Shown: positions 22,455 through 32,421 of the stretch, piece by piece
How the letters are laid out: each line of letters starts with the position of its first letter
How positions within the stretch are numbered: the first letter of the stretch is position 1
DNA from: Actinomycetota bacterium
GTDB taxonomy: Bacteria > Actinomycetota > Actinomycetes > S36-B12 > UBA5976
Reading direction: 5' to 3'
Length of the DNA stretch: 58,327 nucleotides
Assembly (NCBI GenBank): GCA_027730605.1
Contig: JAQCGN010000002.1
Coordinates: 1 to 58,327 of the forward strand
Notes under the pieces: model-generated
What the model was told of the DNA's origin: nothing
Databases searched by the model: none
The model's input: the letters and a program-made list of their open reading frames with translations, nothing else
Program-made: the position numbers and the translations under genes

Positions 22455-23814
22455 CAAATACGTCTTGGTAAGTTTCTTTTCTTAATATTTCTGTAATTTT
22501 ATTATTATTAACACTAATAACTCCTGGTCTGGTGACTAAATTGTATTGAGAAGACATTGATCTGTTGTATGCACCAGTTGCTGCTACCGCTAACAAATCT
22601 CCTGGAACTAAATCACTTGGAAGATAACAGTCTTTCACAATTATGTCACCAGATTCACAGTGTTTACCTACAATACGAGAAAGCATTGGTTGAGCATTCG
22701 ATAAACGTGAAGCTAAAGCGACACTGTATTGCGCGCCATAAAGTGCAGTTCTAATGTTGTCACTCATTCCACCATCTACTGCAACGTAAGTTCTTTTGTC
22801 ACCATTTTCCAATTGAATATTCTTTGTAGTTCCAACTGTGTATAAAGTGATCATGGCAGGTCCAACTATGGCTCTTCCGGGTTCAAATGCAAGTTGTGGC
22901 ATTGCTAAACCATTTGAAGTAAATAGTTTATGAACAATATCGACTAATTCACTAGCCATTTTTTCAATAGCTAAGGGTGCATCACTTTCAACATAAGCAA
23001 TTCCCATTCCCCCACCAAGATTTAACATTTCAATTTGCACATTATGTTCTTTAACAATTCTTAGTGAAAGCTCAGCAAGTCTGGTTGCTGCTATTTCAAA
23101 ACCTTTATTATCAAATATTTGTGAACCAATATGAGAATGAAGTCCTAAGAAATGAAGGTTTTCTTCTTTAATAACAATTCTTACAGCTTCGTCAGCATCA
23201 CCTGCGGCAAGTGAAAAGCCAAATTTTTGATCCTCGTGAGCAGTTGCCACAAAATCGTGTGTGTGAGCTTCAATTCCGGCAGTAACTCTTACTAAGACTT
23301 TAGCTTTCACATTTCTTTTTTTTGAATATTGGGCAAGTCTTGCTATTTCAAAAAAAGAGTCAACAGCAAAAATTCCCACACCCTTGTCAAGTGCGAATTC
23401 CAACTCTTCTAAAGATTTATTATTTCCGTGAAAAACTATATTTTCTGGTTTACAGCCACCAGCAAGTGCGACTCTTAATTCACCTTCAGAGGCAACATCT
23501 ATTCCCATACCCTCTTTAACAATTAATTCAATAAACCTTGTAGCTGTGAAAGCCTTTGAGGCATAAAAGATTTGAGTTGGTTTTGTTAATTTATTCCCGT
23601 GGGTTTGTGAAGCAAAGCTTTTTAAATATTTTCTTACCCTACTTAAAAGATCTGTTTCATCTAAAACAAATAGTGGAGTTAGATATTTCTTACCCAAGTC
23701 CCTCACATCAGCACCTGAAATTTCAAGTGCCCCATCACTATTTCTTTTTGCACCCAAAGGCCAAATGTGCTGACTTATGTCATTCACGACCAAAGCATCA
23801 ATAGGTGCTGTCAT
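22435..23814 (-). CDS. lysA: Diaminopimelate decarboxylase
   Basis: 459 aa. Contains YASKAF (PLP lysine), HSHIGSQ and CESGD. Confidence 0.95.
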   Translation of the reverse strand: MTAPIDALVVNDISQHIWPLGAKRNSDGALEISGADVRDLGKKYLTPLFVLDETDLLSRVRKYLKSFASQTHGNKLTKPTQIFYASKAFTATRFIELIVKEGMGIDVASEGELRVALAGGCKPENIVFHGNNKSLEELEFALDKGVGIFAVDSFFEIARLAQYSKKRNVKAKVLVRVTAGIEAHTHDFVATAHEDQKFGFSLAAGDADEAVRIVIKEENLHFLGLHSHIGSQIFDNKGFEIAATRLAELSLRIVKEHNVQIEMLNLGGGMGIAYVESDAPLAIEKMASELVDIVHKLFTSNGLAMPQLAFEPGRAIVGPAMITLYTVGTTKNIQLENGDKRTYVAVDGGMSDNIRTALYGAQYSVALASRLSNAQPMLSRIVGKHCESGDIIVKDCYLPSDLVPGDLLAVAATGAYNRSMSSQYNLVTRPGVISVNNNKITEILRKETYQDVFATDPGL

Positions 23815-23838
23815 GTGAAAAATTCCTTTTTAAATAGT

Positions 23839-23894
23839 TACTGGGTGGGACTCCTAGTGTTAAGGCTAACCAACACAAGATGACCCACCCAGTA
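23839..23894 (-). terminator. Long imperfect hairpin between the DUF3048 gene and lysA
   Basis: tactgggtggg (23839-23849) pairs with cccacccagta (23884-23894). An inner imperfect stem (ctagtgtt / aacacaag) is present. There is no clear U-tract, so its function as a terminator or attenuator is uncertain. Confidence 0.35.
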
Positions 23895-23911
23895 GGTGTA
23901 CTACTAATTGT

Positions 23912-24874
23912 TTATTTAAATGAATACTTTCCCTTGCCTTTATTTGGAACCAAAAGAAACCAAGCTTGTCCAACGTCGAATGGCACAATTTCGCCATTTA
24001 TCGTAAAGGAAGTACCTGAAGCACCTGTTGGTCTGGACCACTGGGCGTCATAGCGTTTTCCATCTCGCAAGATGAAGGCTTTGCCTGATCCAATGGTTTT
24101 AATCTTTGGTGTTCTGCCACCAAATTTATCCCCTTGGCCAGAAAGAGTTTGAGTTATCAATTGCACGACAACAGTTTGAGCAACTACAGCTTTTCCAGTT
24201 GCTTTGTCTTTCTGCGCTCTGTTATCAAGTGATATAGCCCAACCTTTGCCATTCCATTTACCGCTCACACTTGAAGCCGGCCATTTTGCTCTAAAAGTTG
24301 TGGTTTTCTTTCCACCAGCTGGAGCGGTTTGAGAAAAGATTAAACCAATATCTTTTACCGCACCAATTCCTTTAGCTTTTTTAACAGTTGCTGAAAGATC
24401 CAACATTAAATTATGCGGAATACGGCGAGATTTATCTCTGGAATATTTAACTCCATTTAATCCAGGACCAAGACGCACAAGTGGAGCTTTAGCAATAGTT
24501 TTTAACAATGCTTTATTAGCACCAGAATATGCAAAACCTGGTTTATCAAATTGTTCTAATATTTCTAAATCAGAAATACGTGCAGATCTAACGGGACCAA
24601 CTTTTTTTGGAAATGAAGAATTGTAAAGTGCTGCAATTCTTGTTAATCCACCCTCTACTTGTTCCACATAAACAATATCTGCCTTAGAAATGTTTGTGTG
24701 TGGTCTTGCTCGACTAACATTGTCAATCTTGACCATGATTACAGGTTTGCCAGCACCACCTGGACGACCAGATAGTGGACTTGCTCCCTCAGCTGCACTT
24801 GATGCTGTTACACCTAATGAAACTGTCAAAGCAATTGCAATTGCACTTGCGAAAAAGGATCTAATTTTTGTCAT
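23912..24874 (-). CDS. DUF3048 (YerB-like) secreted protein
   Basis: Signal peptide MTKIRSFFASAIAIALTVSLGVTASSA, and MVKIDNVSRARPHTNISKADIVYVEQVEGGLTRIAALY matches the DUF3048 core as I remember it. I prefer the ATG at 24874 to the track's TTG at 24880. Confidence 0.7.
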   Translation of the reverse strand: MTKIRSFFASAIAIALTVSLGVTASSAAEGASPLSGRPGGAGKPVIMVKIDNVSRARPHTNISKADIVYVEQVEGGLTRIAALYNSSFPKKVGPVRSARISDLEILEQFDKPGFAYSGANKALLKTIAKAPLVRLGPGLNGVKYSRDKSRRIPHNLMLDLSATVKKAKGIGAVKDIGLIFSQTAPAGGKKTTTFRAKWPASSVSGKWNGKGWAISLDNRAQKDKATGKAVVAQTVVVQLITQTLSGQGDKFGGRTPKIKTIGSGKAFILRDGKRYDAQWSRPTGASGTSFTINGEIVPFDVGQAWFLLVPNKGKGKYSFK

Positions 24875-24923
24875 GCACAAAACCTTAGAGCAAATATGCC
24901 CGATTGGCGCACAGGGGCACTAC

Positions 24924-26582
24924 CTACATTTTCTCTGGCGCGCTCACACCTATCAGTGAAAGACCATTTTTCAATACTTGTTGCGTGGCCGCACACAACA
25001 TCAAGCGAGCAATAGTCTCATCAGTCACATCTTCACCAATTAGAGGCAAAACTCGACATGATGAATAAAAAGAGTGATACGCAGTTGCTAATTCTTCCAA
25101 ATATCTAGCCACTCTATGGGGCTCTCTTAATTGTGCAGAGCTTGCAACAACTCGAGGAAATTCACTTAATGCACCTAGCAATTCTGTTTCTTGTTGCACC
25201 ACTAGTGCTGCAGGGTTGAAAGAACTTTTTTGCCAATCAATTTTCTTTTCACTAGCCGCTCTTAACACAGCAGATATCCGAGCATGCGCATATTGCACAT
25301 AAAAAACAGGATTATCATTGGTGTGTGAAGTTAATAAATCAATATCTAAAGTTACAGAAGTATTTACCGGATATCTAATCAATGTGTAGCGAGCTGCATC
25401 AACTCCTACTTCATCAACTAGATCTTCTAAAGTGATGATATTTCCAGCTCTTTTACTTAATCTGACTTCTTGACCGTTTTTTAACATTTTTACAAGTTGA
25501 CCGATTAAAACTTCCACATTTTTATCTGGATTATCTCCGGCACATGCAGCTACTGCTCTTAATCTGTTTACATATCCGTGGTGATCTGCGCCCAGAAGAT
25601 AAATATTTACTTCAAATCCCCTACTTCGTTTGTCAACGTAATAGGCGGTATCGGAAGCAAAATAGGTGTATTCACCATCTGCTTTAACTAAAACTCTGTC
25701 TTTATCATCACCAAAATCTGTGGTTTTAAGCCACGTTGCCCCATCTTTTTCAAAAACATGACCATACTTTTTAAGCTTGCTTAAGCCTTTTTCAACAGCA
25801 CCACTGGAATGAAGAGATCTTTCTGAATACCAAACATCAAAAATAGTTCTAAAATCTTTTAAAACTAATTGTTGTTGTTTTAATTGTCGTTTATAACCTT
25901 CTTCTCTAAATTCAATTTCTTGCTCCTGCTTACTTAATTTTAGAATTTGTGGTTTATCTTTTGTGATCTCACTTGCTAATTCTTTAACGTAGGCACCGTG
26001 ATAGCCATCTTCTGGAATTGGTTCATTATTTGCAGCAGCGCAAATTGAGATACCAAATTTATCTATTTGAGCACCTCGATCATTAATGTAAAATTCTTTA
26101 ACAACTTTTGCTCCACTTGCAGCTAAAACTCTTGCTAGCGCATCTCCTACCGCTGCCCAACGAGTATGACCTAGATGAAGAGGTCCCGTTGGATTAGCGC
26201 TAATAAATTCAATATTTATTGTTTCCCCGTTGAAAGAATTTGTGTGGCCATATTCATCTGCTTGCTGGAGGATAGTTTTAGCAACTTCGCCCATACTTTT
26301 TGAATCTAGGGTGAAATTTAAAAATCCTGGTCCAGCTATTTCAATTCTTTTAATACTTGGATTTGCTCCTAATTTATCAACAAATAATTGTGCAATGTCA
26401 CGAGGATTTTTACCAACAGGTTTAGCAACAACTAAGGCAATATTGCAGGAATAATCTCCATGTTCTTTATTTTTTGGTCTTTCTATTTTTATTTCGGGTG
26501 ACTGGGAAATTTCAAGTTTTCCTGCAGCAATCAATGACTCAAGACTTTCTTTAATGATCTTTGATAGTTCTTCTGGAGTCAT
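24924..26582 (-). CDS. argS: Arginine--tRNA ligase
   Basis: 552 aa. Class I HIGH motif (PTGPLHLGH), and the C-terminal anticodon-binding domain ends in M. Confidence 0.95.
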   Translation of the reverse strand: MTPEELSKIIKESLESLIAAGKLEISQSPEIKIERPKNKEHGDYSCNIALVVAKPVGKNPRDIAQLFVDKLGANPSIKRIEIAGPGFLNFTLDSKSMGEVAKTILQQADEYGHTNSFNGETINIEFISANPTGPLHLGHTRWAAVGDALARVLAASGAKVVKEFYINDRGAQIDKFGISICAAANNEPIPEDGYHGAYVKELASEITKDKPQILKLSKQEQEIEFREEGYKRQLKQQQLVLKDFRTIFDVWYSERSLHSSGAVEKGLSKLKKYGHVFEKDGATWLKTTDFGDDKDRVLVKADGEYTYFASDTAYYVDKRSRGFEVNIYLLGADHHGYVNRLRAVAACAGDNPDKNVEVLIGQLVKMLKNGQEVRLSKRAGNIITLEDLVDEVGVDAARYTLIRYPVNTSVTLDIDLLTSHTNDNPVFYVQYAHARISAVLRAASEKKIDWQKSSFNPAALVVQQETELLGALSEFPRVVASSAQLREPHRVARYLEELATAYHSFYSSCRVLPLIGEDVTDETIARLMLCAATQQVLKNGLSLIGVSAPEKM

Positions 26583-26606
26583 GTTCTAATCGTAGGCAGG
26601 TGTTAA

Positions 26607-26909
26607 GTGAAAATTGTATTGCGCCATACGCTTATGTATATGTGGAAAATCGCATCGGAACGAAAATGGTTGCTATTTCATATGGCAACCATTTTGGGCA
26701 TTGTGTTTTGTTTAAGGCTTGGAATCTGGCAGTGGATCAGGCGCGCAAGAATCGATTCATCAACTGGCGAAGTGGTCATAAGTTTACAAAGCTCTTTTTA
26801 TGCCGTTCAGTGGGTTTTCTTTGCCATAGCCCTTGCCTGGTTTTGGGTAAGATTCTTTCAAGATGAATACTTAAGTAGAACCGGTCAGTTAAAAAAGAGG
26901 GATGAATAG
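26607..26909 (+). CDS. Small two-TM protein with SURF1-like terminal motifs (possible mini-SURF1)
   Basis: 100 aa in the track. The real start may be the ATG at 26634 or 26640. TM1 ends LGIWQWIRR and TM2 starts FYAVQWVFFAIALA. The stop is directly followed by the start of the next gene (tagATG). Confidence 0.45.
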   Translation: MKIVLRHTLMYMWKIASERKWLLFHMATILGIVFCLRLGIWQWIRRARIDSSTGEVVISLQSSFYAVQWVFFAIALAWFWVRFFQDEYLSRTGQLKKRDE

Positions 26910-27197
26910 ATGGAAAAAGCATTAGCTCGTTTCAAGTTCATTGCCTATTTGGCTGGTGTGATTTTAATTCTTTTTACAATTGAAATTATTATCAAATACA
27001 CACTTGGCCCTGAAATTCCGTGGTTTGCTCAACTTCATGGAATTGTTTATATGATTTATGTGGTAATTGCTTTTGATATTTCTCGTAGAGCAAAATTATC
27101 TTTATCTCAAACTTTGTTAGTTTTATTAGCAGGAACAGTTCCAATTATGTCATTTATTGCTGAAAAAAAGATTCGACGGCGGATAACTAATTCTTAA
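26910..27197 (+). CDS. DUF3817 family membrane protein
   Basis: 95 aa. The pattern FKFIAYLAGVILIL...LHGIVYMIYVV...LLAGTVPIMSF matches DUF3817 as I remember it. Confidence 0.7.
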   Translation: MEKALARFKFIAYLAGVILILFTIEIIIKYTLGPEIPWFAQLHGIVYMIYVVIAFDISRRAKLSLSQTLLVLLAGTVPIMSFIAEKKIRRRITNS

Positions 27198-27216
27198 AAA
27201 TTAATTTTTAAGAATT
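27189..27216. repeat. Perfect 28-nt A/T-rich palindrome spanning the DUF3817 stop codon, 7 nt upstream of the tRNA
   Basis: aattcttaaaaatt|aatttttaagaatt is an exact reverse complement. It could be a weak terminator or a protein-binding site. Confidence 0.8.
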
Positions 27217-27223
27217 GAAATTA

Positions 27224-27295
27224 GCCCCCGTAGCTCAGTGGATAGAGCGTTGCCCTCCGAAGGCATGCGCGCGTGTTCGACTCACGCCGGGGGCA
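27224..27295 (+). tRNA. tRNA-Arg (anticodon CCG), CCA not encoded
   Basis: Manual fold: acceptor stem gcccccg/cgggggc; D arm gctc-agtggata-gagc; anticodon loop ctCCGaa; T arm gcgtg-ttcgact-cacgc; discriminator A. Total length 72 nt. Confidence 0.9.
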
Positions 27296-27298
27296 CAA

Positions 27299-27925
27299 TT
27301 AATTAAAAGCTAGTGGCAATAACTCATCTAAATGATTTAAGAAATGATCTGCTTCAATTAATTGAGTTTGATCATGAGACGTTAAAACTGCAGCAACGGT
27401 GCAGCCCGCTGTTTTTCCTGACTTAACTCCAGCTGGTGCATCTTCTATAGCCCAGCATTGATTTGGATTTAATCCAATTCTTTTCGCACCCAAAATAAAT
27501 GGCTCAGGATGAGGTTTGCCAAGTTCAACATCATCAAAAGTTACGGCATGATGAGGCAATTGGATTCCAGCTGCTTTAACTCTTGATTGGGCAAGGGGAA
27601 TTGTGCACGATGTGACAATGGTCCAAGGAATTTCTTTATCGTTAAGCTCAGTTAATAATTCTTTAGCACCATTAATTGCCGTAATTCCATCAGTATCACT
27701 CATTTCAAGATATTCAATTCTTTGCACCCAATTCATAATTTCTGCTTCATCACGATCTTTCATAAGCATGCGCAATGACTGCTCCCCCGGAATTCCATGT
27801 AGCCCCACCATTTTCTCAAAAGGAATTTGGGCTTCTTTTGCTAATTGAATCCAGGCTCTTTCAACAGCAGGTTTAGAGTTGACCAAAGTGCCATCAAGGT
27901 CGAATAAAAATCCAATGTGACTCAT
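27299..27925 (-). CDS. HAD-IA family hydrolase (beta-phosphoglucomutase / sugar-phosphatase like)
   Basis: 208 aa. Motif I is FDLDGTLV. Later motifs are TS, K and EDAPAG. Confidence 0.8.
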   Translation of the reverse strand: MSHIGFLFDLDGTLVNSKPAVERAWIQLAKEAQIPFEKMVGLHGIPGEQSLRMLMKDRDEAEIMNWVQRIEYLEMSDTDGITAINGAKELLTELNDKEIPWTIVTSCTIPLAQSRVKAAGIQLPHHAVTFDDVELGKPHPEPFILGAKRIGLNPNQCWAIEDAPAGVKSGKTAGCTVAAVLTSHDQTQLIEADHFLNHLDELLPLAFN

Positions 27926-28014
27926 TACATCATTGTATTTGGCTTATTTGTGATGCGCATTTGCAATCACATAACTACGCTTATATAAGTAGTCAGATTT
28001 TGAAGGAGTTCCTT

Positions 28015-28647
28015 GTGTTACCTCAAGCAGCATTAGATGGCCAACTAAATTCTTGGCTTGATGCACTTGGTCCTTTTATTTTTTACCTAATTGTGTGGGG
28101 TCTAGTTTTTGTAGGAACCGCTTTTTTTGTCGGCGCTTTCGTACCCTTTATTACAGGAGATTCTCTTCTTTTTGCAGCAGGATTAATTGCTGCAAGTTCA
28201 GCAAATATAAATGTAGTTATTTTAGTTACTGGTGTTGCGATAGCAGCTTTCTTTGGAGATCAAGTTGGATTCATCATTGGGCGTCATTACGGCAGACCCT
28301 ATTTAGATAAACGTGGTGGCAAAAAAACTCAACTTGCCATCAAAAAAACAGAAAACTTTTATAACAAATATGGTTGGTGGGCGGTAGTTGTTGCAAGATA
28401 TGCCCCTTGGGCCAGAGTTTTAATTCCAGCAATCGCAGGAATTGGCCGAATGAACTATTACAAATTTCTTTCCAGTAATTTTGTGGGAGCCATTAGTTGG
28501 GGTGTTGGAATTACCTTAACTGGTTTTTATGCAGCAACCATTCCAGCTGTTAAAAATGCCGCTTACGCAATAGCTGCATTCTTTATAATTGGCTCACTTG
28601 TGGCAGGTTTTAGAACTTGGTATTTGGATAGAAAAGTTAGCAGTTAA
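28015..28647 (+). CDS. DedA family membrane protein
   Basis: The VPFITGDSLLFAAG motif is present. I prefer the GTG at 28015, preceded by gaaggag at the correct spacing, over the track's TTG at 27961. Confidence 0.8.
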   Translation: MLPQAALDGQLNSWLDALGPFIFYLIVWGLVFVGTAFFVGAFVPFITGDSLLFAAGLIAASSANINVVILVTGVAIAAFFGDQVGFIIGRHYGRPYLDKRGGKKTQLAIKKTENFYNKYGWWAVVVARYAPWARVLIPAIAGIGRMNYYKFLSSNFVGAISWGVGITLTGFYAATIPAVKNAAYAIAAFFIIGSLVAGFRTWYLDRKVSS

Positions 28648-28651
28648 AACA

Positions 28652-29281
28652 ATGTCGGGCTGGATTCTGGCATCTGGTGGTAATGAATTTAGTTCCTCAT
28701 ACCAGCAAGCAGATTTAGCTGCGTTAGAGAAAAGAACTGATAAATCTTCTGCCCTTTTGGTAGTTGTGACAGCACCCTTTCCTACTCAAGAACTTGCCTA
28801 TAAAACAGCTCAAAAACATTTCAACTCCTTGGGTATTAAAACTTTAATGAGTCCAATATTGAGTGAAAAAGATTTGAGCACAGAAAATATTTCTCAATTA
28901 GAAAATTCTTCTGCAATATATTTTGCTGGAGGAACTCCCTCTCGATTGGTCGACGCATTTATCGATACTGATGCAGAAGCAGCTATTCAAAATGCGCTAC
29001 TAAATGGTGCAGTGTTAATGGGCTCTAGTGCTGGGGCAATGCTTTTTGGTTCACGAGTTGTTATGCCCGGTGGCAAAGATATTGGTCGGGGTTTGAATAT
29101 ATTGAAAAACCAAATTATTTTGGCTCACTTCAATAAACCTTGGCCTTCCTGGGTAAAACAATTTACTGAACAAGACTTTGAAATATTGGGCTTGAGTGAA
29201 GGATCCTCATTACTCACAACAGTCACATCTGCCACAGATACTGTAACTTTTGGAAATATTTCATTTCTGCCACCTAAATAA
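28652..29281 (+). CDS. Peptidase S51 family protein (dipeptidase E / cyanophycinase-like)
   Basis: Contains FAGGTPSRL and the nucleophile elbow GSSAGAM. I prefer the ATG at 28652 (MSGWILASGGNEF). The track's 28589 start would overlap the dedA gene. Confidence 0.7.
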   Translation: MSGWILASGGNEFSSSYQQADLAALEKRTDKSSALLVVVTAPFPTQELAYKTAQKHFNSLGIKTLMSPILSEKDLSTENISQLENSSAIYFAGGTPSRLVDAFIDTDAEAAIQNALLNGAVLMGSSAGAMLFGSRVVMPGGKDIGRGLNILKNQIILAHFNKPWPSWVKQFTEQDFEILGLSEGSSLLTTVTSATDTVTFGNISFLPPK

Positions 29282-29387
29282 GGACCAAACTCTTTCGAGT
29301 GTTTATCCCCCTGAAAGGCATTGGGTTCATTAAAGTTTGCCTATTAGTTGACTCGCAACTAATTCTGGGGAGGGAAAAATTTAGCTG
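29282..29387 (+). promoter_or_regulatory. Possible structured 5' leader of the purine permease gene
   Basis: tcccc (29306-29310) can pair with gggga (29367-29371) inside the ggggaggga Shine-Dalgarno sequence. Internal stems are aggca/tgcct (29316-29320 with 29338-29342) and attagttg/caactaat (29343-29350 with 29356-29363). This was folded by eye only. Confidence 0.25.
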
Positions 29388-30827
29388 ATGGCAACATTGG
29401 ATTCGTATTTCCAAATTAAGAAAAGAAAATCCAGCGTAGGTCAAGAAGTACGCGGTGGGCTTGTTACATATTTAACAATGGTCTACATCGTGGTATTGAA
29501 TCCATTAATTTTGGGTTTTACTCAAGACATTAATGGAAAATTCTTAGGTGGCGGTGACGGTCCAAATCTTGCAGCTATTGCAGCAGCAACAGCATTAATT
29601 GCAGGCATCTTAACAATATTGATGGGAGCTGTTGCTAATTTTCCATTAGCTCTGGCAACCGGACTTGGCATCAACGCATTTGTGGCAAGAATTGCTGCAA
29701 ACTACATGACTTGGGAACAAGTAATGGGACTTGTGGTGTTGGAAGGAATCATCATCACGATTGCAGTCCTAACTGGTTTTCGTGTCGCAATTTTCAAAGC
29801 CATACCAACTCAATTAAAACTGGCAATATCTGTTGGTATTGGTTTATTCATCGCACTTATCGGCTTAGTGGATGCAGGATTTGTTCGCCGTACTCAATCT
29901 GGACCGGTTCCAGTTGAGCTTGGCGCAGGTGGAAATCTAGTTGGATGGCCAGTAGTGGTCTTCATCTTTGGTTTACTCTTGATCTCATTCTTATATGCAC
30001 GCAAAACTAAGGGTGCAATCTTAATTGGAGTTTTATCAGCAACAGTTCTTGCGGTAATTCTCGAATCAGTATTTAAGATTGGACCTTTATTTACAGCACC
30101 AGACAAAGTCAACCCAAGTGGTTGGAATTTGAATGTGCCAGCAATCCCAAGTTCAATTATTGCTACACCTGACTTTGGACTACTAGGCAGATTTGATCTT
30201 TTTGGTGGCTTTGCAACAGCAGGTTTTATGGCTGCAGCTCTACTAGTATTCACTTTGTTAATCACTGACTTCTTCGACACCATGGGCACGATGACTGCAA
30301 TTGGTGCAGAAGCAGGACTAGCAGATCGCAATGGAAACGTAGAAAATGCAGATCGAATCTTGCTTGTTGATTCAATTGCAGCTATGGCTGGGGGTGCAGG
30401 AGGTGTTTCTTCAAATACTTCTTACATTGAATCAGCATCAGGTGTAGGCGAAGGAGCTCGCACAGGTTTGTCAAGCATAGTTACAGGAATTGCATTCTTG
30501 TTAACAACATTCTTGTCACCACTTGTTGCCATAGTGCCTTACGAAGCTGCAACTCCAGCGTTGCTCATCGTTGGTTTCTTGATGATGACGCAAATTAAAG
30601 ATATCGACTGGACAGATGTAACAATCGCACTTCCAGCGTTCTTAACAATTATCTTGATGCCATTTACTTACTCAATTGCAGTAGGAATTGGTGCAGGATT
30701 TGTTACCCACGTTGTGTTGAAAGTTGCAACTGGCAAATCAAAAACTATTCATCCATTGTTATGGGTAGTAGCAATTGCATTTGTTATTTATTTCTCCTCT
30801 TATCCGATTAACAACCTACTCGGATAA
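29388..30827 (+). CDS. NCS2 family nucleobase permease (AzgA/PbuG type; adenine, guanine or hypoxanthine)
   Basis: 479 aa. The N-terminus YFQIKKRKSSVGQEVRGGLVTYLTMVYIVVLNP is typical of the AzgA-like branch. About 13 TM helices. Confidence 0.9.
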   Translation: MATLDSYFQIKKRKSSVGQEVRGGLVTYLTMVYIVVLNPLILGFTQDINGKFLGGGDGPNLAAIAAATALIAGILTILMGAVANFPLALATGLGINAFVARIAANYMTWEQVMGLVVLEGIIITIAVLTGFRVAIFKAIPTQLKLAISVGIGLFIALIGLVDAGFVRRTQSGPVPVELGAGGNLVGWPVVVFIFGLLLISFLYARKTKGAILIGVLSATVLAVILESVFKIGPLFTAPDKVNPSGWNLNVPAIPSSIIATPDFGLLGRFDLFGGFATAGFMAAALLVFTLLITDFFDTMGTMTAIGAEAGLADRNGNVENADRILLVDSIAAMAGGAGGVSSNTSYIESASGVGEGARTGLSSIVTGIAFLLTTFLSPLVAIVPYEAATPALLIVGFLMMTQIKDIDWTDVTIALPAFLTIILMPFTYSIAVGIGAGFVTHVVLKVATGKSKTIHPLLWVVAIAFVIYFSSYPINNLLG

Positions 30828-30837
30828 ATTCCCAAGG

Positions 30838-30869
30838 AAATGGGGGCCAGAGAAATCTGGCCCCCATTT
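30838..30869. terminator. Bidirectional intrinsic terminator between the permease gene and guaB1
   Basis: aaatgggggccag / ctggcccccattt form a perfect 13-bp stem with loop agaaat. T-runs follow on the + strand and A-runs precede it. Confidence 0.7.
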
Positions 30870-30876
30870 TAATTTT

Positions 30877-32364
<1,488 letters not shown>

Positions 32365-32421
32365 TCAACGCTTATGCCAATGTGTTTTCTTCTCTATACA
32401 TACAAGTAGTAGCGTTACTTC

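Noticed and set aside
23815-23911. Lysine riboswitch upstream of lysA. Also ZTP, THF or glycine riboswitches upstream of glyA (13318-13354).
   Set aside because: The spacers (97 nt and 37 nt) are too short for those elements and show none of their conserved cores. Only a simple long hairpin is present before lysA.
26561-26866. 101-aa ORF overlapping the argS start and the 26607-26909 ORF in another frame
   Set aside because: It overlaps the argS 5' end and has a Cys/His/Arg-rich, non-membrane composition. The competing frame gives two clean TM helices and is translationally coupled to the next gene.
27224-27925. tRNA-Arg as an integration site for a genomic island or prophage
   Set aside because: No integrase is present, I saw no direct repeat of the tRNA 3' half, and there are no phage or transposon genes downstream. 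The flanking genes are ordinary metabolic and membrane genes with similar composition.
28589-28651. Upstream extension of the S51 peptidase ORF into the dedA gene. Also the internal ORF 28095-28310 and the TTG-27961 extension of dedA.
   Set aside because: The extension would overlap dedA by 59 nt, whereas an ATG at 28652 starts just after the dedA stop. The dedA start is better placed at GTG 28015, which has a gaaggag Shine-Dalgarno sequence. The 28095-28310 ORF is an off-frame Cys/Arg-rich artefact.
29282-29387. Canonical guanine/adenine (purine) riboswitch upstream of the NCS2 permease
   Set aside because: The context and three-stem shape are suggestive. However, the conserved core (the uauaau junction, the uuucuacc and ccguaaa-type segments, and the specificity pyrimidine before P1) is not present. 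I kept it only as a low-confidence unclassified leader.
29894-30331. Long antisense or off-frame ORFs inside well-supported genes: 29894-30331, 33839-34297, 34855-35136, 41741-42022, 45325-45717, 48995-49405, 51237-51524, 54768-55178 and 56929-57306
   Set aside because: Each lies wholly or mainly within a gene with clear family motifs on the other strand or frame. Their compositions are Ser/Pro/Thr/Ile-rich or otherwise skewed, and they have no motifs. They are typical shadow ORFs.
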